Below are positions 58,269-64,000 of a stretch of DNA of 64,000 nt, piece by piece. The stretch is from Alphaproteobacteria bacterium (lineage in GTDB: Bacteria; Pseudomonadota; Alphaproteobacteria; RF32; CAG-239). Positions within the stretch are counted from its first letter, which is position 1. The number at the start of each line of letters is the position of its first letter. Position numbers and translations under genes: made by a program. The notes beneath the pieces were generated by a model. That model saw only the letters and a program-made list of their open reading frames with translations, ran no database searches and was not told the DNA's origin. The stretch spans positions 275 to 64,274 of the forward strand of contig SUUR01000007.1 of the NCBI GenBank assembly GCA_015062435.1, in the 5' to 3' direction.

Positions 58269-59669
58269 TTAGTGTTTTAGGATTTCTTCGTGATCACTGA
58301 ATGGTAATACTTTTCCCATTACATATTGCCCTGTTTCATGACCTTTTCCGGCTATCACCAAGACATCTCCGCTTTCTAATTCTGTTATTGCTGTTTCTAT
58401 GGCAATAGCTCTATCCGGTATATTGATACCTTTGGGGCAAGAGCTTATAATTTGTTCTCTGATAGGAGCAGGGTCCTCAAAACGAGGGTTGTCATCGGTA
58501 ATATAAACCACGTCAGCCAAATCATTAGCAATTTTTCCCATAATCGGACGTTTTCCTGCATCTCGATTACCTCCACACCCAAACACGACTTTTAGTTTGT
58601 TTGTTGTATGAGGACGTAAAGCTTTTAATACATTTTCCAAAGCATCTGGTGTATGAGCATAATCAACATAAATTGCGGCTCCGTTTGATGTTTGTTTTAC
58701 TAATTCTAAACGTCCTTTTGCGCCGATTATTTTTGTAACATATTTTATTGCTTCATCAGGTTTTTTTGTTAATTCTGCAACAATGCCTAATGCACATAAA
58801 ACATTCATTGCCTGAAATTCTCCGGCCAAAGGTATGTTGAGTGATAGTTGTTTTCCATAATAAACGATATCTAACTTTTGTCCGTTTACAGATGGAGTAG
58901 ACTTAAGAAGTTTAATGTCGTTTCCATTTTTTCCGTAAGTTATAATCTTTTTATTACCGCAAGCATTTTTTATTCTCTCGAATACGTCGATATCAGCATT
59001 AAGCACAGCCACTCCGTTATCAACCAAATTTTCTCTAAATAAGATTAACTTAGCTTCAAGATAGTTTTCCATATTCAAGTGATAGTCCAGATGGTCTCTG
59101 GTAAGATTGGTAAATCCGGCAACATTTACTTTAACTCCTCCCAGACGATATTGGCACAACCCATGACTGGAAGCTTCAACAACCAGATGATTATATCCTT
59201 CATCGGTAATTTCTTTTAATTCTCGTTGCAAAACAGCACTTACCGGCGTTGTATTGGGAGATGGGATTGGAGGAAGATTGCCTTTAATCAGTCCGAGAGT
59301 TCCGTTACTTGCGGCTTTATAGTTCATCATTGTTAATATCTGTCGCACAAAATCAGCAATAGATGTTTTTCCGTTGGTTCCGGTAACGGCAGCAATATTC
59401 TCAGGTTGTTTACCATAATATTTTGCGGCAATTAATGCAAATTTTTTGGCAGGGTTATCTGTTCGCAATACAACAATATTATTGGGTACATCAATTTCAC
59501 AATTATGGTTAACCACAACGGCAACGGCACCATTCTCAATAGCATCTGTTATAAACTTGTCATCATTAAGAGAGCCGAATAAAAAACCTTTTTTTACTTC
59601 TCTGGAATCAGCAGTAATTCCGGTAATTTCAATATTTATGTCAGTATTGGTAATTTCATTCAGTCTCAT
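58269..59669 (-). CDS. murE: UDP-N-acetylmuramoyl-L-alanyl-D-glutamate--2,6-diaminopimelate ligase
   Basis: TGTNGKTS P-loop and the DDNPR motif typical of meso-DAP-adding MurE. I prefer the ATG at 59669 (MRLNEITN) to the GTG at 59690. Confidence 0.92.
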   Translation of the reverse strand: MRLNEITNTDINIEITGITADSREVKKGFLFGSLNDDKFITDAIENGAVAVVVNHNCEIDVPNNIVVLRTDNPAKKFALIAAKYYGKQPENIAAVTGTNGKTSIADFVRQILTMMNYKAASNGTLGLIKGNLPPIPSPNTTPVSAVLQRELKEITDEGYNHLVVEASSHGLCQYRLGGVKVNVAGFTNLTRDHLDYHLNMENYLEAKLILFRENLVDNGVAVLNADIDVFERIKNACGNKKIITYGKNGNDIKLLKSTPSVNGQKLDIVYYGKQLSLNIPLAGEFQAMNVLCALGIVAELTKKPDEAIKYVTKIIGAKGRLELVKQTSNGAAIYVDYAHTPDALENVLKALRPHTTNKLKVVFGCGGNRDAGKRPIMGKIANDLADVVYITDDNPRFEDPAPIREQIISSCPKGINIPDRAIAIETAITELESGDVLVIAGKGHETGQYVMGKVLPFSDHEEILKH

Positions 59670-59793
59670 TTTATATTCTCCTTTTTTCACATATATCCCG
59701 ATTTTAGTTCTAAACTCTAAAAAAGTATTTAATTTTTAATTATTATGAATTAAGATTATCTCAAGTCAGATAATTGACCAAAGGAAAGATAAA

Positions 59794-60264
59794 ATGAAAG
59801 TCATAATATTTATTGCAATGTTGTTATTGGGAAACATGGTTCAAGCCAAACCCACAGACTTATACCTGTTTTATAATTCCGGTAGCAATAATATATCAGA
59901 AATAAACATTACGGCAGATGAATTGGCGAAGGTTTTTGATGATCTTTTCGGGCCGGCATCTGATGAACTACCTCAAGAGGTTAAGTATGCTGATTTTTAT
60001 GTGTCAAAATTTGCCGATGGCGCCTATGTTTTTATTTTAAAAGCACCATTTAATTGCGGACAACTTGGCTGTAATACCAAAACATATTACAGAGACCATG
60101 AAGGTGATTTGATACCGGAAGGAGGTTTGTTTCCGGTTAAGTGTGTGGAACACGGTATAGATAAGTTGATATGCACCAAAGGCGGATATAAACCGGAACT
60201 TAAACAAGATCCCAAACCCAAGAAAAGGGGGCCGGTTCATTATCCGGCACCTGTAACAGAATAG
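59794..60264 (+). CDS. hypothetical secreted protein
   Basis: Signal peptide MKVIIFIAMLLLGNMVQA. Contains NCGQLGCNTKTYY and a basic, Pro-rich tail. No family recognised. Confidence 0.55.
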   Translation: MKVIIFIAMLLLGNMVQAKPTDLYLFYNSGSNNISEINITADELAKVFDDLFGPASDELPQEVKYADFYVSKFADGAYVFILKAPFNCGQLGCNTKTYYRDHEGDLIPEGGLFPVKCVEHGIDKLICTKGGYKPELKQDPKPKKRGPVHYPAPVTE

Positions 60265-60271
60265 GGTAATC

Positions 60272-61525
60272 ATGTGGGCAAATAAAAGTAGTTTTTATCA
60301 TATTTACCCATTAGGTTTTTGTGGCTGTACTCCAAATAATGACTACACTTGCCCGCCAACTTCAAGTATTCTCAAAGTATATGATTGGATACCGCATATT
60401 AAATCTCTGGGGTGTAATGCGGTTTATTTTGGACCGGTGTTTGAATCGGTAGCACATGGGTATGATACAAAAGACTATTTTAAGATAGATTGTCGATTGG
60501 GAGATAATCAAGATTTTAAGGCGCTGGTATCCAAACTTCATTCTTGTGATATAAAAGTTGTCTTAGATGGGGTGTTTAACCATGTCGGACGAGATTTTTT
60601 TGCTTTTGAAGATGTAAAACATTATAAGGCATCATCTCAATATTGCTCATGGTTTAAGCTTAATTTTAACCATAATAATCGTTACAATGACGGATTTTGT
60701 TATGAGGGGTGGGACGGTTGTGAAGATTTAGTTAAATTGAATTTGACCAATCCGGAGGTGAAAGAATATTTACTGAGCGCAGTTGCATATTGGATAGATG
60801 AATTTGATATTGATGGATTGCGTTTAGACGTTGCTCATTATCTCACTCCCAGTTTTATACATGAATTAAGAAGTATGTGCTTATCCAGAAAGTCAGATTT
60901 TTGGCTGTTAGGAGAAATGGTGTTTGGCAATTATAATCGCTTGGTAAATCCGGGAATGCTAGATAGTTGCACAAACTATGAATTATACAAAGCTTTATAT
61001 TCATCTTGTAATGATGGTAATTTACATGAACTTTCACATACACTAAACCGCCAATTCGGAGCAAATGGAATATATCGAGGTCTTAATTTATATAGTTTTC
61101 TGGATAATCATGATGTTTCTCGTATTGCTTCCGTTATCAAAAATCCTCTTCGCCTGAAACCTCTTTACGGTCTTTTGTATACATTACCGGGAATTGCATC
61201 TGTATACTATGGTAGTGAGTGGGGCGCAACCGGAGTGAGAGAGCGTAGCGACTCGGAAGTAAGGAACAGTTTTGATGCTCCGCAAACAACAGACTTAACC
61301 ACTCACATTTCTTGGTGGACAAATTTCCGAAACAACTCAAAAATATTATCAAACGGGCAATATCAAGAGCTTGAAGTTCGCAAAGAATTGTTATTTTTCA
61401 AGCGTTACATTGGGGATGAGGAGCTTTATTTTGGAGTGAATATTGGGGCAGAACCTCAGGAAATTTGCTATAAAAATCACAATATAAGTATTCCTGCATA
61501 TTCAATAGAAATAATAAATTTTTGA
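60272..61525 (+). CDS. GH13 alpha-amylase-family glycoside hydrolase (cytoplasmic)
   Basis: GH13 regions DGVFNHVG, GLRLDVAHYL, LLGEMV, FLDNHD. No signal peptide. Lies 7 nt downstream of the preceding ORF. Confidence 0.85.
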   Translation: MWANKSSFYHIYPLGFCGCTPNNDYTCPPTSSILKVYDWIPHIKSLGCNAVYFGPVFESVAHGYDTKDYFKIDCRLGDNQDFKALVSKLHSCDIKVVLDGVFNHVGRDFFAFEDVKHYKASSQYCSWFKLNFNHNNRYNDGFCYEGWDGCEDLVKLNLTNPEVKEYLLSAVAYWIDEFDIDGLRLDVAHYLTPSFIHELRSMCLSRKSDFWLLGEMVFGNYNRLVNPGMLDSCTNYELYKALYSSCNDGNLHELSHTLNRQFGANGIYRGLNLYSFLDNHDVSRIASVIKNPLRLKPLYGLLYTLPGIASVYYGSEWGATGVRERSDSEVRNSFDAPQTTDLTTHISWWTNFRNNSKILSNGQYQELEVRKELLFFKRYIGDEELYFGVNIGAEPQEICYKNHNISIPAYSIEIINF

Positions 61526-61651
61526 CAAATATTAAAAAAATCTAAAAAAAGATTATATTTTTCTTGATTTTAAAATATTTTTTGCTATATTAAACAAAAA
61601 TTAGCGAAAATTTACAAAACGTATTTCAACTCCAAAATAAGGATTAAAATT

Positions 61652-62191
61652 ATGAAAAAGTTTTTAGTATTAACATCAGTAAGCTTGATTTCCGCATGCA
61701 GTTGCATGGATGAAGTTACTCTTTTTGATAATGAACCTGTTGTAGAAGAAAGAGTTCAGGCTCGTCCTCAGAATTGTGATTATTTTGATGGTCAAACATG
61801 TTACCGTTATGTACACCGTGTTCGCCAACAGCCGGTAATCCGTTATCGTGAACCGATGGTTGCATATCAAGCTCCGGTAGTGTCATCACAATCTTGCAAT
61901 TCTTGCAATAAGTGTTCTGTATCTCAAGAGACAAAAACTTGTGAAGACAGCATTCATGAAACCAGAGAACCGGTTGAAGTAATATACAAAAAAACCACAT
62001 ATAAGACTGTATACCAACCGCAAACAACAACATCTGTAAGCTATGAGAGAGTTCCCTATACAACAGCTACACAAGCAATAGAAACCAGAGTTGTTTCAGA
62101 TCCTATTACAATTGTATCTCCGGCTCAAGCTCAGGTAGAAGTTATAACTCCTGTTAATGCCGAAGAAGAAATTCTCCTCAATGTCAAGTAA
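61652..62191 (+). CDS. hypothetical lipoprotein
   Basis: Lipobox LISAC. Gln/Thr/Val-rich with a small CNSCNKC cluster. No family recognised. Confidence 0.55.
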   Translation: MKKFLVLTSVSLISACSCMDEVTLFDNEPVVEERVQARPQNCDYFDGQTCYRYVHRVRQQPVIRYREPMVAYQAPVVSSQSCNSCNKCSVSQETKTCEDSIHETREPVEVIYKKTTYKTVYQPQTTTSVSYERVPYTTATQAIETRVVSDPITIVSPAQAQVEVITPVNAEEEILLNVK

Positions 62192-62210
62192 TCAACTTTG
62201 ACAATCCCCA

Positions 62211-62245
62211 AAAAACTCCTGCTTCCCCAAGCCGGAGTTTTTTTG
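62211..62245 (+). terminator. rho-independent terminator of the lipoprotein gene
   Basis: ACTCC-t-GCTT-cccc-AAGC-c-GGAGT followed by TTTTTTT. Confidence 0.7.
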
Positions 62246-62252
62246 TACTTAA

Positions 62253-62295
62253 AGCAATAAAAAGCAAAGGTCACTTTGATAAGTGGCCTTTGCTT
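62253..62295 (-). terminator. terminator of the 561-aa Cys-rich gene
   Basis: AAGCAAAGG-t-CACTT-tgat-AAGTG-g-CCTTTGCTT, followed on the minus strand by UUUAUUGCUUU. Confidence 0.6.
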
Positions 62296-62307
62296 GATGA
62301 TTATGTA

Positions 62308-63993
62308 TTAAGGTCTGTCAAAACAATTTTCTCTGGTTGTCGGGTTTATACAAGTTCCGTTAATTAATTTACAACCGCCGCCGGTACAACCTGTTAGTAA
62401 GTAATAGGTTGACCCGTTACAAGAACATTCTTTATAATTTCCTTTTTCATTGGGGGTTTGGGTTAATTTACTTACAGAAGTTTGAAGTTCATCTGCGCAG
62501 TAAGATGGGCAATCTGAGATGGATTCATTGTTATTGCTACACTGCTTCTCCCATAGATTATCAGGTATACACCCATTTCCGTTGCAGTCCCATTTAAATC
62601 CATCCGGGCAACGACATTTTGCATAATCCCTTGAACATTCACAGTATTCTTTTATGGCACGTTTGTCATTACAGATTGGGTCATCATCTATATGACTATA
62701 GCCAACACATGATTTAGAACAGTCTTCATAGCACTCTCTGGCATCACCTTCATATCCGTCCTCACATTTTAAGAATTTATATTTGGTAACGTCACCACAA
62801 TTCATTGAATCATACTCTGCATGAGCAATTTTATCAGATGCGGATAGTGTGTATTCACCAAAGTTGCAACATTCTTTACATCTATCCTGACACGGGAAAG
62901 GTTGAGATATTTTACAAACATCACAATTTTTATCTTCCACATCTATACATGGATCTATTTTTATACACCCTCTGGCATTACCTTCATATCCGTCTTCACA
63001 TTTTAAGAATTTATATTTGGTAACACCGGTTCCGTTACAGGTATAGCTATCATATACGGCATGTTCTATCTTATCTGTTGCAGATAACTGATATTTGCTA
63101 AAATCACAACAATTCTTACAATATCCGTTACAAGGACTCAAATGATAATCTTGACAACCGTCATTACAAGTTAAACGTTCAATATTCTCACATGGATCAT
63201 CATTAGTATCGGTATCTTCCTCTGGACATGGAGTGGTGTTCTCTCCATATTTACATCCTGTTTTCTTATATTTGGTTGTGTCATCACCACATCCCGGAGT
63301 ACAACTTTCATACGTTGCATTAGAATCACTTTCGGATGTTAACGTATAACCCGAACAATCTCTTGGCGTACAAGTGTTACATACTTCACACTTACTTGGG
63401 CATTGAGAATAATATGTCATACAACCCAAAGTTCCACATTGTTTGTCCTCTAATCCTGTACATGGGTCAGAATTACATTCTTTACATTTACTTGAGCATT
63501 GAGAATAATATGTCTTACAACCTAAATCTCCACATTGTTTATCCTCTAATCCTGTACATGGGTCAGAATTACATTCTTTACATTTAGTTGAGCATTGAGA
63601 ATAATATGTCTTACAATCCAAATCTCCACATTGTTTATCCTCTAATCCTGTACATGGGTCAGAATTACATTCTTTACATTTACTTGGGCATTGAGAATAA
63701 TATGTCATACACCCCAAAGTTCCGCATTGTTTATCCTCTAATCCTGTACATGAGTCAGAATTACATACTTCGCATTTACTTGAGCATTGAGCATAAGATT
63801 GTTTACACCCCAAATCTCCGCAGTCTAAGCCGGTCAATCCCTCACAAGGATCTTCATCTTCTTTCATAGGTTCACAATCGGTACCTTGCGCATTAAGTGT
63901 ATAATCATCAAAGCATTTTGTTATTTTATAATAAACCATTCCGTCACAATCTTCGCATGTACTGTATTGGGCGTATTGAGGCATTGTATTCAA
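62308..63993 (-). CDS. very Cys-rich modular repeat protein, probably 5'-truncated by the window edge
   Basis: 561 aa in the window with 78 Cys by my hand count. It has five 32-aa tandem repeats, two ~76-aa repeats, and CXXC motifs. The frame stays open upstream to position 64000 and no signal peptide is visible, so the real N-terminus is likely outside the window. Confidence 0.75.
   Translation of the reverse strand: MNTMPQYAQYSTCEDCDGMVYYKITKCFDDYTLNAQGTDCEPMKEDEDPCEGLTGLDCGDLGCKQSYAQCSSKCEVCNSDSCTGLEDKQCGTLGCMTYYSQCPSKCKECNSDPCTGLEDKQCGDLDCKTYYSQCSTKCKECNSDPCTGLEDKQCGDLGCKTYYSQCSSKCKECNSDPCTGLEDKQCGTLGCMTYYSQCPSKCEVCNTCTPRDCSGYTLTSESDSNATYESCTPGCGDDTTKYKKTGCKYGENTTPCPEEDTDTNDDPCENIERLTCNDGCQDYHLSPCNGYCKNCCDFSKYQLSATDKIEHAVYDSYTCNGTGVTKYKFLKCEDGYEGNARGCIKIDPCIDVEDKNCDVCKISQPFPCQDRCKECCNFGEYTLSASDKIAHAEYDSMNCGDVTKYKFLKCEDGYEGDARECYEDCSKSCVGYSHIDDDPICNDKRAIKEYCECSRDYAKCRCPDGFKWDCNGNGCIPDNLWEKQCSNNNESISDCPSYCADELQTSVSKLTQTPNEKGNYKECSCNGSTYYLLTGCTGGGCKLINGTCINPTTRENCFDRP
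62731..63198 (-). repeat. two ~76-aa protein-level repeats inside the Cys-rich gene
   Basis: DPCENIERLTCNDGCQDYHLSPCNGYCKNCCDFSKYQLSATDKIEHAVYDSYTCNGTGVTKYKFLKCEDGYEGNARGC versus DPCIDVEDKNCDVCKISQPFPCQDRCKECCNFGEYTLSASDKIAHAEYDSMNCGDVTKYKFLKCEDGYEGDAREC. Confidence 0.85.
63369..63848 (-). repeat. 5 x 96-bp in-frame tandem repeat
   Basis: Unit boundaries at 63369, 63465, 63561, 63657 and 63753. Units 63465-63560 and 63561-63656 differ at 3 of 96 positions by my alignment. The unit encodes CTGLEDKQCG[TD]L[GD]C[MK]TYYSQC[PS][ST]KCKECNSDP. Confidence 0.9.
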
Positions 63994-64000
63994 ACTATAA

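Noticed and set aside
63369-63848. Possibility that the regular 96-bp repeats are a CRISPR array
   Set aside because: The units are contiguous with no unique spacers. They are in frame within a long ORF and encode a coherent 32-aa Cys repeat.
63336-63869. Two plus-strand ORFs (83 and 93 aa) with repeating ENNMSYNPNLHIVYPLILYMGQNYILYIYL
   Set aside because: They are the antisense reading of the 96-bp tandem repeats inside the long minus-strand Cys-rich gene. Their periodicity comes from that gene.

Overview
The window reads as chromosomal DNA from a low-GC, AT-rich Alphaproteobacterium, probably host-associated. GC was judged by eye only, and no searches were possible.

The lineage call rests on four observations:
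- dusB-trkA-hfq-hflX gene order.
- tolC-popZ(DUF2497)-valS gene order.
- A FlaF regulator.
- A Caulobacter-style flgI-cheL-flbY-like operon preceded by a textbook sigma-54 promoter.

Most of the window is housekeeping:
- Translation, replication and repair: thrS, valS, parC, recO, dusB, hfq, hflX.
- Metabolism: eno, a dCMP deaminase and a GST.
- Envelope: kdsA, murE, a GT4 glycosyltransferase, an RND efflux pump (MFP-RND-OMF), tolC, a FadL-type porin, TspO and a PagP-like lipid A palmitoyltransferase.
- Alpha-glucan genes in three separate places: glgB-glgX-malQ-HAD, glgP, and a GH13 enzyme.
- A five-gene flagellar operon: flgI, cheL-like, flbY/flgN-like, flgK, and a long flgL.
- Two tRNAs: Phe-GAA and Leu-CAA.

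No transposase, integrase, CRISPR array or obvious defence gene was seen.

The least explained content, in rough order of interest:
1. A family of signal-peptide, extremely cysteine-rich modular proteins. It comprises a two-gene operon at 39085-40436, a degenerate fragment downstream of it, and a 561-aa member at 62308-63993 with five 96-bp tandem repeats. The operon lies divergent from an orphan NarL/LuxR response regulator, across a 470-bp intergenic region full of palindromes.
2. A stand-alone gene whose product has the Cys/His/Asp motif pattern of protein-glutamine glutaminases.
3. A 1397-aa protein with two N-terminal TM segments and a giant coiled coil, the architecture of polarity landmarks, in a genome that also encodes PopZ.

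Coordinates of non-ORF features were hand-counted and may be off by 1-2 nt.
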